Assembly (NCBI GenBank): GCA_963835065.1
Contig: CAWIEK010000063.1
Coordinates: forward strand, 160,001-224,000
DNA from: an uncultured Chthonomonadaceae bacterium
Lineage (GTDB): Bacteria > Armatimonadota > Chthonomonadetes > Chthonomonadales > Chthonomonadaceae
Direction: 5' to 3'
DNA length: 64,000 bases
The notes under the pieces were generated by a model that saw nothing but the letters and a program-made list of their open reading frames with translations, did not search any database and was not told where the DNA came from. Made by a program: the position numbers and the translations under genes. Shown here in pieces: positions 49,126 to 58,894 of the stretch; position 1 is the stretch's first letter; every line of letters begins with the position of its first letter.

Positions 49126-50514
49126 TTACTTCGTCGCCACTTTCGGCGGCGCTTTTTTCGCCAGCGCCGCTTCCGTGTACTTGCAGCCGGCGTTCCACAG
49201 CAGAAACTCGTGGATGCCGAGTTCATGGAGCGCCTTGATTTGCGCTTTCACTTCCGTTGGGCCGTAGTGGGGCGGGCCGAGCGTGAAGTCCTGTATCCAA
49301 GGACGCAGTTTGCAGGTCGGTACGCTGCCAATCAGGTCTTTGGCGTCACCGACAGATTTGAGGATGATTTTGTAGGGTTCCGCGTTGGGGTTGGCGATGC
49401 CGAATTCGCCGTGCGCGTAGTGCGAGGGGTACGTCATGGGGCACATATAATCCACATGGGTCGCCATCTGGCTGAACAGCTGGCCGATGCCCATGTCTTT
49501 GGCAATCTTATCATCCTTGACACTCTTGCCTGCCATGCTCTTGCTCGTGGCGGATGCGGCAGTCAGCGTAGTTTTGCCGTTTGCAGGCTGCCCCGCCGGT
49601 TTCGGCGTTGACATCCCTGACGCGCCCGGCGCAGCATTGCCCATCTTTGCGCTTGCCCCATTCGCGTTTGCCGTTTGCGGCGTGTCTTCGCCGTGCAGGC
49701 GTCGGAAGCGGCGTTCCACTGTCGGGGTCAGGCCGAACACGTCGGCGGAGAAATACGCGCCATGCGCCCGTATCTTCTCCCCCGCGTATTTCAGGAAAGC
49801 GTTGATCTGGTCAATGCGCAGCGAACCGGGAGGCTTGCCGGGATATTGCAGCGTGGAGATTTTGCCCTCGCTTGGAAACCGGACGTAATCGAACTGTATC
49901 TCCTTGAAGCCGTGCTTGATGGCGTCCAGCGCCACATCCACGTTGTAATCCCATACCTCCTTTTTATAAGGGTTCAGCCAGTAGTGGCGTGAGCGGTCGT
50001 GCCATACCTGGCCGTCCGGCCCATGCACCGCCAGGTCCGGGTGGGATTTGGCAAGCGGCGTGTCGCGCATACAGGCAATACGGGCAATCGGCCAGATGTG
50101 GTGCTGATTGAGTGTGGCAATTACCGTATCCACTTTGTACATTCTGCGGGACGCATGGGAGGATATGGCAAGCGGAACATCCGCGTCGTAACTGAGTTCG
50201 CCGTCATCCTTGACATCAATGACCATCGCGTTGAGTTCCGTCCGATCCACCATGCCGCACAGCGCATTAAGACGGTTGTGCAGTCCCGCCGTCCAGCCGG
50301 TCAGATAAATGCCGCGAACGCCGCCTTCGGGCAGGGGCGGGAGCGGAATCGCGGCAGGGGCAGCGGCAGCCATTTTCCCGGCAGGTTTCTGCGCGGCAGG
50401 CGTGGTAGCAGCCGTGTTGCTAGTGGAACGGTGACAGCCGCTCGACAGCAGCATCGCGCCCAGCAAAGCAAAAGTGCGGCTTAACAGAAGGGAGTTCGGC
50501 AGCGCGCCGCTCAT
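49126..50514 (-). CDS. Putative glycoside hydrolase DUF4015 lipoprotein
   Basis: LSSGC lipobox; NAMVIDVKDD; EIQFDYVRFP; PMTYPSHY; RPWIQDF. Confidence 0.88.
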   Translation of the reverse strand: MSGALPNSLLLSRTFALLGAMLLSSGCHRSTSNTAATTPAAQKPAGKMAAAAPAAIPLPPLPEGGVRGIYLTGWTAGLHNRLNALCGMVDRTELNAMVIDVKDDGELSYDADVPLAISSHASRRMYKVDTVIATLNQHHIWPIARIACMRDTPLAKSHPDLAVHGPDGQVWHDRSRHYWLNPYKKEVWDYNVDVALDAIKHGFKEIQFDYVRFPSEGKISTLQYPGKPPGSLRIDQINAFLKYAGEKIRAHGAYFSADVFGLTPTVERRFRRLHGEDTPQTANANGASAKMGNAAPGASGMSTPKPAGQPANGKTTLTAASATSKSMAGKSVKDDKIAKDMGIGQLFSQMATHVDYMCPMTYPSHYAHGEFGIANPNAEPYKIILKSVGDAKDLIGSVPTCKLRPWIQDFTLGPPHYGPTEVKAQIKALHELGIHEFLLWNAGCKYTEAALAKKAPPKVATK

Positions 50515-50875
50515 TGGGCTGCGTCGCTGAAAAGTACGTCGCTGAAAAGAAGGCACATATTTCGGCATGGTTTGATTACAAACTTTCTGCGCCCGGATTG
50601 CGTCAAGAGCGCATCAATAGGAGTGAAAAGGGCGGATTGCGCGGCGCGGGGGAACACGTCAGACATAGAAACCCCTGCGCCTTTGCGGTATATTTCGGGG
50701 AAAGCCGCGCATATTCCTTTGCTTTTATGGAGGATACGTTTTCGAATTTAAGGCAGTCGCCTGAGCCGGAAATTGAAATCAACATAAGCGAACAGTGAAA
50801 ATTCATTTTTTATGACAGTCAGAGAGCAAGCAGAAACGGCGGCAAAAATAATTTTGTAAATGGGACAAAAATGGC

Positions 50876-50904
50876 TTGACAGAATCAGCAAGGTATGTTA
50901 TTGT
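50876..50904 (+). promoter_or_regulatory. Sigma70-like promoter for the Rhs operon
   Basis: TTGACA-17 bp-TATTGT with an extended TGn element. Confidence 0.6.
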
Positions 50905-50963
50905 GTAGAAGCCTGCTGGAAATACCGTATACTTTGTTCCTATTCTCAAGAGGACACACTCTG

Positions 50964-53900
50964 ATGCCGGACAACTCTTCGCGTGATCGCTCTGCCGGTA
51001 CTGGTTCTGCTAAACACGTAGACAAAAGTACCCCCCCCGAATTTTCTTCTCCTGCGGACGCCGCTTCGGGAACGGCTGACAACCCGGAAGTTAACGCTTC
51101 GCGCCGCTCGTTCCTGAAAGGGCTGGCGTCGCTTGGAACCGGCTTGGCTGCTTCCACACTGCTGCCCGCTTCTTCCGACGCGCAGTTTGGCGGCGGCGGG
51201 GGAGGAGGCGTACCCGTTGCGCCGGGTTCTCCTAAATCGTGGCAGGCGAGTGTGGGTCTCTATGGCGGCAACTTCTGCCTGAGCGCCGGCAACACGCAGT
51301 TGAGTTTGCCTGTGTGCGGCTGGGGCGGACTTGGGCGGCGGCATTTCCTTTGCCCTGACCTTCAACAGCCAGAGCAGCCGAACCAGCACCGTCGGACCCA
51401 AGTGGACGCACAGCTACAACATGTTTCTCACCGGCACATCTCCTGTTGTGCTTGTCGAGGGGGATGGAACCGAAACCGCGTATGCGGTGAGCGGAACCAC
51501 GTATACGCCGCCTGCCGGGTGCTATGACAGCCTTGTTCAGAACGGTAACGGAAGCTGGACGCTGACGCGCAAGGGTGGCGTAAAGCTCAACTTCACGGCT
51601 GCGGGCGTATTGAGCAGCATTGTGGACACCAACGGCCTGACGACTACTTTGACGTACACGGGTGGACTGTTGACAACCGTGACCGACCCTGCCAGCCGAA
51701 CCCTGACGCTTGGGTATACGAGCGGACAGTTGACAACCGTGACGGACTGCCAGAGCAAGACCTACACGCTCGGCTACACAAGCGGCAAACTGACCAGTCT
51801 GACCACACCGCCTTTGTCCGGGCAAACGTACAATCAACAGATGACCTACGACAGCAACAACAACGTCGCCTCGCTTTCAGATCGTCTTAGGCCGCACATG
51901 GGGCTATGCGTACTCCGGCAACGTCCTGAGCAGCACCACGCTGCCCGGCGGCGGCGGCGGCGGCTACATGCACATCGTTTCCGGCACGTTCGGTGGCTCC
52001 CCCTGGCCTGCCACTGCCACCAACTTCAGCCACTGGCACGACGCCAACGGCAACATCACGCAGTACGGCATGGACAACTTAGGGCGCATCGTGGGCGTCG
52101 TGGACGCCAACAGCAACATGAGCGTGTTCACGTATGACAACAGCCACAACCGCACGGCAACCCAACTCCCCTCCGGCAAAACGTTCAACTCCACCTTCGA
52201 CACGCTATGGCAATGAACTGGTGTCACAAGACCCGCTCGGACACCAGACGGTCAAGACAGTAGACGGGCCAAGCGGCAGATTGCTCACCAGTACGGACGC
52301 ATTGAGCCATGTGACGAACTATGGCTACGACACGCATGGCAACCTGACCAGTGTTCAGGACGGAAACGGACATACCACAAGCTACGGCGTCAACACGCTT
52401 GGACAGCAAACGAGTTTGACGGATGGGGAAAGCCGAACGTGGCTGACGGGCTACGATGCCAATGGCTTTCCCAACAGCTCTACGGATCCCCTCAGCCATG
52501 TGACCTCGTGGGTCAACAACAGCCTGGGACAGCAGACACAGCGAACCGATCCCCTGAGCCGCGTCACCAACTACACCCTTGATGATTGGGGCAGAACAAC
52601 GGCAGTAGCGTACCCCACGAGCGGCAACACGGGACTTGGCTTCGTGTACAATGCAGCCGGGCAGTTGACGCAAAGCAGCGATGTGACGGGTATTCGCAAC
52701 TACGGCTACAACACGCTCGGCCAGCGAACGAGCATGACCGATCCACGCGGCAACACAGCAGCCACGTATGACCCGCTTGGCAACCTACTGACACAAACCG
52801 ATGTGAGCAGCAGGCAGGTGAGCAACACCCTCAACAGCCTCTACCAACTCGCCTCCGTGTTGGACGGCAACGACAGCGCCCATGCTGACTACGCCTACAA
52901 CGTGGATGGGCTTGTCAGCACAATAACCTACCCCAACGGCACACAAACCACGTATGGCTACGATGGCGCAAACCGCCTCACCAGCCTCAGCCACAAAGTG
53001 GTGGCAACGAACACGGTTCTGGTCAGCTATGCCGCCACGTATGATGCTGCCAACCGGCTGACGAGCATCACGGAGCAGCCAAGCGGGGACGTAACCACGT
53101 TCAGCTATGACAATGCCAACAACCTTCCTTAGCGAAGTCAGGACAGGCACAAAGCCCTACAGTGGCACGTACACGTATGACAACAGCAACCGGCGCAAGA
53201 CGGCTCTTGTCGTCACCAACGGAGTAACCACGCACAACGGCGCGTACACCTACGACGGAGCCGGAAGGTTGACGCAGGTGGTGGACAGCGCCACCAGCCT
53301 GACAGAGTTGTACACGTGGAACAACGACGGAACGCTGGCAAGCGCGCCGGGAAGCGGGTACACGAAGCTGTTCCAGTATGATGAAGAGCAGCATCTCACC
53401 CGCATCCAGCACAACACCGGCAGGAACCATCACAACCGCTTACGACTACGGCTATGCGGCGGATGGCGGCAGGCGATGGAGGAAAGACTATGCCAACAAC
53501 GTGTGGACATGGTATCCCTGTGGCGTGGCCTGCAACGCGGGAGAACTCGTGGAGCAAACAAGCGACCTGACAGGCGCAACGTGGACAACAAGCGCCCTGT
53601 ACTTGAAGGCGGGAAGTGGATGCGGCACAGGCATTGTTCGCCGCAACAGTGAATACCATCACGCAGGCATTGGCGGCAACATCAATCTGGTGAGCGGAGC
53701 CGGCGCGGCTGTGCTTGCCACGCGCATTTCCAACGCTTTTGGCGTACAGCAGTATGCCAGTGGCAGCGCGCAGACACCCTGGATTACCAACGCGGTTTCT
53801 GCGGACGCAGAGGGACTGCAACTGCGCGCAAACTGCCTGCTGGTTGCGGAACGCGCTCTCAGTGTTTCTGCTGTTTGCCAGGTAGTTACTCCCGTTATAC

Positions 53901-54163
53901 CGGAAGAGGACAAAACCTGTGAGCAATTGGGCTTGCCCGAAGGCACTGGTTACAAAAAGTGGCGAGACTGTACGGGAAAACGACTGACAGATTGCGAGGG
54001 ACCTTGTGGCATTGCAGGAGGAAAAGTAAAAAAATGCTGTGAGGTTCAGACTGCCCCGATTCATGGGACAGATAAAACTATCCATCAGTCGCATTGTGAA
54101 TGTGAAGGTGTGCCAGTTCGCATTCCCGGCCAACCTACGCCCACGCCTGTTGCAGCTGTCTGA
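50964..54163 (+). CDS. Tat-signal Rhs/YD-repeat protein with Cys-rich C-terminal tip (about five frameshifts)
   Basis: SRRSFLK signal ending SDAQ; GPKWTHSY; many YD/DPxG shell repeats continuing across frames at ~51335, 51890, 52210, 53125 and 53420. Confidence 0.88.
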
Positions 54164-54174
54164 GGAGAATCATC

Positions 54175-55368
54175 ATGGTCAAACAAGGCCTAGCAGCGCT
54201 TTGCCTGTTGCTTCTGGCAGTAGCATGGTGTCAGGCAGAAGCGCAGGCAGATACCAGCCATCAGCGAAATATTCCCCTGCACAACGTGCTGGCAACCGCG
54301 AAGTCCCTAGCGTTCACCGCCAAGCTGACGTATAGCAGTTATGGAGCGCCTTCAAACGTACGCAAACAGGGGCCAACCTTCCTGGTCAAAGTCCGCAAGC
54401 CCGACTGCCTGCGCATAGAGGAGCGTCTGGAGGACCTTCGCCACGCAAAGGGCAACTTTATTGTTGTTCCTTACGACGCTCTGATCACAAATGGCAAGTC
54501 GCAAATTGATCAGAACTTAACCTCAAAGAAGTACACACTACGCCCACCAGCCAGATCATTGGCTGAGGTGCAAAGTGAAGAAGGCATTGATTCCCTCGTC
54601 TGCTGTAGCCTTCTGTTCGCGCCTGACATGCTGCGCACTACCAGTGCGAAATATGAAGGAGAGGAGGTAATTGAGGGACAGAAAGTGGCCGTATACCGCG
54701 CGCCGCCCCCACAGATCGGCCACGCGCAGTATGTACTTTACCTCGATCCCGAAAGCGGCTTGCCGCGCCGCATCTCACTGTTCGACAAAGACGCAGACGG
54801 GCATATCTTCGAGTGGGAGCGCACAGACTTTAGTGACTGGCAGCTCAATCCAAACCTGCCGGACGCCTTGTTCGACACCACGCCGCCCGCTGACTTCCAC
54901 TTGGATCCACCGGATGAACCCGCCTATGATGCCAAGTGGAAAGCGGGCATGATGCCTACACCCTTACGCGCTTCCACTTTAGGGGGCAAGCCGCTGACGT
55001 TGGACACGTACAAGGGCAAAGTGCTGCTGGTGGACTATTGGGCGTCGTGGTGCGGGCCGTGTCTTGGGGAAATACCCGATGTATTGGCGATGTACCTGAA
55101 ACTGCACAAGCAAGGCTTCGACATCATCGGCATCTCACTTGACAAACCAGACCAACGCGCCCAACTGCACGAGTACCTCAATCGAAAACAACTGCCCTGG
55201 CCGCAGGTCTGCGACTATAAAGGCTTTAACAGTCCGCTTGCCGCTGCGTATCAGGTAAACGCCATTCCGTTCAACGTGCTGATTGGGCGCGACGGCAAGA
55301 TTGCGGGCATCAACCTGCATGGCGACGAACTCAAGCAGGCCGTGCAGAAAGCGTTAGGCAGCAAATAG
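54175..55368 (+). CDS. Secreted LolA-like (DUF2092-like) plus TlpA thioredoxin-fold protein
   Basis: Signal peptide; LYLDPESGLPRRI...DWQLNPNLPDALF; KVLLVDYWASWCGPC; GAGGAG RBS directly after the Rhs stop. Confidence 0.9.
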   Translation: MVKQGLAALCLLLLAVAWCQAEAQADTSHQRNIPLHNVLATAKSLAFTAKLTYSSYGAPSNVRKQGPTFLVKVRKPDCLRIEERLEDLRHAKGNFIVVPYDALITNGKSQIDQNLTSKKYTLRPPARSLAEVQSEEGIDSLVCCSLLFAPDMLRTTSAKYEGEEVIEGQKVAVYRAPPPQIGHAQYVLYLDPESGLPRRISLFDKDADGHIFEWERTDFSDWQLNPNLPDALFDTTPPADFHLDPPDEPAYDAKWKAGMMPTPLRASTLGGKPLTLDTYKGKVLLVDYWASWCGPCLGEIPDVLAMYLKLHKQGFDIIGISLDKPDQRAQLHEYLNRKQLPWPQVCDYKGFNSPLAAAYQVNAIPFNVLIGRDGKIAGINLHGDELKQAVQKALGSK

Positions 55369-55467
55369 ACATACATCCCTGCGGCTCGGCTCTTTGAAAC
55401 AAAAGTACGGGACGCAGGGATGTTGTTTTACACCGCCCCAAATTGTGAGTCGAATGACGTATCTTGT

Positions 55468-55912
55468 CTAACCCGTAAGAGGGCCGTAGTACAGGCCGCG
55501 CGCCTGCGCCAATTCCTTGCCCTTGTCCAGCAGGGCGAGGCGTTCCGCGCTCGAAAGCGGCTTGTAACTGCGCGCTACTTTGACGGCCTGCCGCACCTCG
55601 TCCGCGCTGCTGAAGCCCACTACCGCGCAGCACACGCCCTTTACGCCCAGCGAATAGCGAATGGCCTGCGCGTGGTACGCGGCCAGCGTTGCCGGGATTT
55701 TGCCGTCGTACTTCCAGCCCATGCCCCGCCCAGCACCTTCATCGCTACAACCGCCGTGCCGTGCTTTTGCGCGGCGGGCAGCGCCAATCCCTCGAAATCA
55801 TACGTGTGCCGATCCGCGAAGTTGAGCGCGTTCATCGTCGGGTCAATGTGGCCGGTTTCAATTGCCTGCGCGAACCGGGGCGGGTGCATGTGCCCGCTGG
55901 TTCCGCTGGTTC
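55468..55912 (-). pseudogene. 5'-truncated aldo/keto reductase (C-terminal half only)
   Basis: GTSGHMHP...VVAMKVLGG...AIRYSL...PLSSAER; there is no room for the N-terminal half before the neighbouring gene's stop at 55945. Confidence 0.72.
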
Positions 55913-55944
55913 ATGCAAGACACGATGTTTACAAACTGCTGCGC

Positions 55945-58884
55945 CTACTTGATGATGGCAATCGGGAAATCCGGTACGGAGGGGGGCTTGGTGGTGGTTG
56001 GGTGCTGGCCGCCGCCGGTCAGTTCCTTGACGCGCTCGGACAGGAAATAGTCCAGACTTGTCACCGTGACGCGCCCGTCGCCCTTCAGGTCAGCCTTGCC
56101 GCTCAAGCCTTCCAGCAGGGCTTTGGTGAACGCGCCGTGTCCCCATTTAGCGTCTTCCAGCGCATACTCCTTGCCGGTTGAGGCGGCAAATACGACCGCG
56201 CCATTTGGGGCGTCCGCCAGTTCGTTGACGATTTTCACGATGTCCGATTCCAGCCCGCGCGTTTTGCCGCCCGCGCCGCCCGAATGACAAGTATCCACAA
56301 AGAACAGCACCTTACCCGCAATGTCTTTGACGGTCTTTTCCACCTCGTAAAACAACACGCCCGTACTGCGCTTGTGTTCCATGTCGAAGTTATAGGGCGC
56401 GTAATAGTAGTCGCCGTTGCTGTCGTTAACGCCATGCCCGGACAGGAAAATCATGGCAATATCCCGCGAGGTGGTCTGCTTTTGTATCCATTCCAGCCCG
56501 TCCAGAATGGAGTCCTTGCCTGCGCCGTCGTCCGTGAGCAGTTTTACTTCCACGTCCCGGTACAGTTTGCCGCCCTGCTGTTTCAGCGCGTCTGCAAAGT
56601 CTGTCGCGTCTTTGGCAGCGTAATTAAGCGTGTAATCGGGGTTTTTGTATTTGCTGACGCCACACGCCAGAATGTAGAGTTTGGGTTTGGTAATGTCAAC
56701 CGGAGCCTTGCCCTTCCAGCGCAGGCGAACGGTTGCGGGCTGGCCCGCGCCGTGTTTGTTTTCCGCGATAATGGACAATTCGCAGTCGTGGTCAGGAAGG
56801 GTCACATCCAGCGTTTGCGTGGACTCGGCGCTCGGCTTGTCGGCCACCTCCTGTATGCGCCGCGCATTGCTCATTGGACGCCCATCTATGAGGGCGCGAA
56901 CGCCCGTGATGGGCGCGTCGGCAGGCGAGCGAACCGTAAACTGAACCTTCACGCTGGCATCGGCCTGTTCGGTATTGTTTTGCGGCGAAACAATGGCGAC
57001 AACGGGCGGCAGGGTTTTATTGACATCCGCCACATTGGTTTTGCGGCCCCGCGCCGCATCCGCCTGTTTCAAGGCCGCGTCTTCATCCCCGGTTTTGAGC
57101 ATCCGCTCCACAACATCCGGGCGATAGTACGTATCGCGGAACCGGGACGCGGGGAAAAAGTCCGCCGACTGGGCCTTACCCCGATTGATGTGCCAGCCAA
57201 TCAGGTCTTCACTGCCGACTGCCGCGTCGTAATAGCCGCTCGCGGTCCAGGCGATCCACTGTTTCTGGTCTATGTGCGGAAACACCGATAGCAGCAGAGT
57301 GGGTTCCTTGATATGAATCCAGCGAATCGTTCCATCGTTAATCAGCAGCACGGCGGTTTCGCCGTCTTTGCTGACATTGATCTGCCAGGCAACGCCGGGT
57401 GTGGCAAGCGCCCACTCCTCTTTGCCGTTCGCGTCCAGCAGGCGCAGCGCGAAATCGCCGCCGAGCAGAAATCGCTTATGATCGGGCAGAATTGCCAGGC
57501 TGCGGGCCGCTTCGTTCATGCTCAGTTCGATGGGCTTACCGTTCACTTTGGGGTGCATGCCGTTTTCCCAATCCGTGATTTTCAGTCCGGGTACGCCCAC
57601 AATAGCATCATGCAGTCCGGCTTTTTCTCCCGCCGCAAGCGCGTCCCTGGGATTGTCGGCAATGCCGGTTTCCATTTTGCGCTGTGAAGCGTGGAAGCGG
57701 ACGGTTGCTTTGTCGTTGGGCAGCGTGGAAAACTGAACGGTTTCGGCATCATCGGAAATCAAAAACGTGGTGCGCTGCATGTCAACGGTGGGGGATTCAA
57801 ACAGGCGGGCTTTATCGCCCTCCAGAACGCCCCACAGCGGATCGCCTGCCGCGTAAAGCATCGGCCCGATTTTGAGGGGACGCAGAGCCGTGATCGTCTG
57901 GCTGGATGCGGCTATGTCCACGAACTTGCCTTTACCGCCCTGATCGTAACGGCGAATGATCCGAACGGCGGTGTTGTTTTGAACCACAGCCGTTCGACCT
58001 GCCGCAAACAACGATTTGCCGTCGGCAGACCACGCCACCTCATCAAAGGCGGAACCGGGCAGTTTGACATCCTCGGTTGCGGGCGCGTACAGCAGGGACA
58101 GGTCTTTGACGGCAAGCACGTTGATGTTTTTGGTGTCGCCGAATCCGACCGCGAGTTTGTCGCCTTCGGGCGAAAACGCGACCGCATGGGGGTGTGTGCC
58201 GCCGGACGCTTTCTGGCGAATGGCGAGTTTGTAATCCGGCGTGTAGACGCGAATAAAGCCGTCTATGGCGGCAACGGCCAGCACGCCATCGGATCGGAAA
58301 TCCATCCCTACACAGTCCCCGGCATACTCTTTGTCCTCCAGAACCGTGCCGCCATCCGATACGCGCAAGACGCGCAGCCCCTGCTTGCCGGCCAGCCCCG
58401 CCGCAATGGTTTTGCCGTCGGGCGCATAGCGCAACACCTGCACGGCTTCCGGCAGGCCGGTCAGGCGGCGCGTGAGTTCGCCCGTCGTTCGGTCGAACAG
58501 GTAGATGCTGATGGCCTTATCCCACGCATAGCCCGTGATGCCGCTGCACGCGATCTGTTTGCCATCGGGCGAAATCGCAACGGAATACAACTGCCCGTCG
58601 CCGCTCCCGAAGGGAACATGAACCGTTCGCTGCAATTCGCCCGAAGCCAGGTCCCAGATACGGAGTGTGCCGTCCAGCGAACACGTTGCGAAGAACGTTT
58701 CTTTTGCGTCTACCGCCAAATCTTTAATCACGCCCGTATGGGTTTTGGTTTCCACCCGCAGCATGGGCTTTGTCGGCGGCTCGTCCGCGTATCCGCGCGT
58801 TCCGATTGCGCCGAACAGCAGGGCCAATCCCGCCAGCAGCGAACCTTTATTTACGACGCGACGCGCGTTTGTGATGCCCAACAT
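55945..58884 (-). CDS. Secreted WD40 beta-propeller plus caspase (peptidase C14) protein
   Basis: Signal peptide; HTGVI...DGTLRIWD; WTASGYYDA; IFLSGHG and FVDTCHSG dyad; AAGGAG RBS. Confidence 0.93.
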   Translation of the reverse strand: MLGITNARRVVNKGSLLAGLALLFGAIGTRGYADEPPTKPMLRVETKTHTGVIKDLAVDAKETFFATCSLDGTLRIWDLASGELQRTVHVPFGSGDGQLYSVAISPDGKQIACSGITGYAWDKAISIYLFDRTTGELTRRLTGLPEAVQVLRYAPDGKTIAAGLAGKQGLRVLRVSDGGTVLEDKEYAGDCVGMDFRSDGVLAVAAIDGFIRVYTPDYKLAIRQKASGGTHPHAVAFSPEGDKLAVGFGDTKNINVLAVKDLSLLYAPATEDVKLPGSAFDEVAWSADGKSLFAAGRTAVVQNNTAVRIIRRYDQGGKGKFVDIAASSQTITALRPLKIGPMLYAAGDPLWGVLEGDKARLFESPTVDMQRTTFLISDDAETVQFSTLPNDKATVRFHASQRKMETGIADNPRDALAAGEKAGLHDAIVGVPGLKITDWENGMHPKVNGKPIELSMNEAARSLAILPDHKRFLLGGDFALRLLDANGKEEWALATPGVAWQINVSKDGETAVLLINDGTIRWIHIKEPTLLLSVFPHIDQKQWIAWTASGYYDAAVGSEDLIGWHINRGKAQSADFFPASRFRDTYYRPDVVERMLKTGDEDAALKQADAARGRKTNVADVNKTLPPVVAIVSPQNNTEQADASVKVQFTVRSPADAPITGVRALIDGRPMSNARRIQEVADKPSAESTQTLDVTLPDHDCELSIIAENKHGAGQPATVRLRWKGKAPVDITKPKLYILACGVSKYKNPDYTLNYAAKDATDFADALKQQGGKLYRDVEVKLLTDDGAGKDSILDGLEWIQKQTTSRDIAMIFLSGHGVNDSNGDYYYAPYNFDMEHKRSTGVLFYEVEKTVKDIAGKVLFFVDTCHSGGAGGKTRGLESDIVKIVNELADAPNGAVVFAASTGKEYALEDAKWGHGAFTKALLEGLSGKADLKGDGRVTVTSLDYFLSERVKELTGGGQHPTTTKPPSVPDFPIAIIK

Positions 58885-58894
58885 GGCGAACTCC

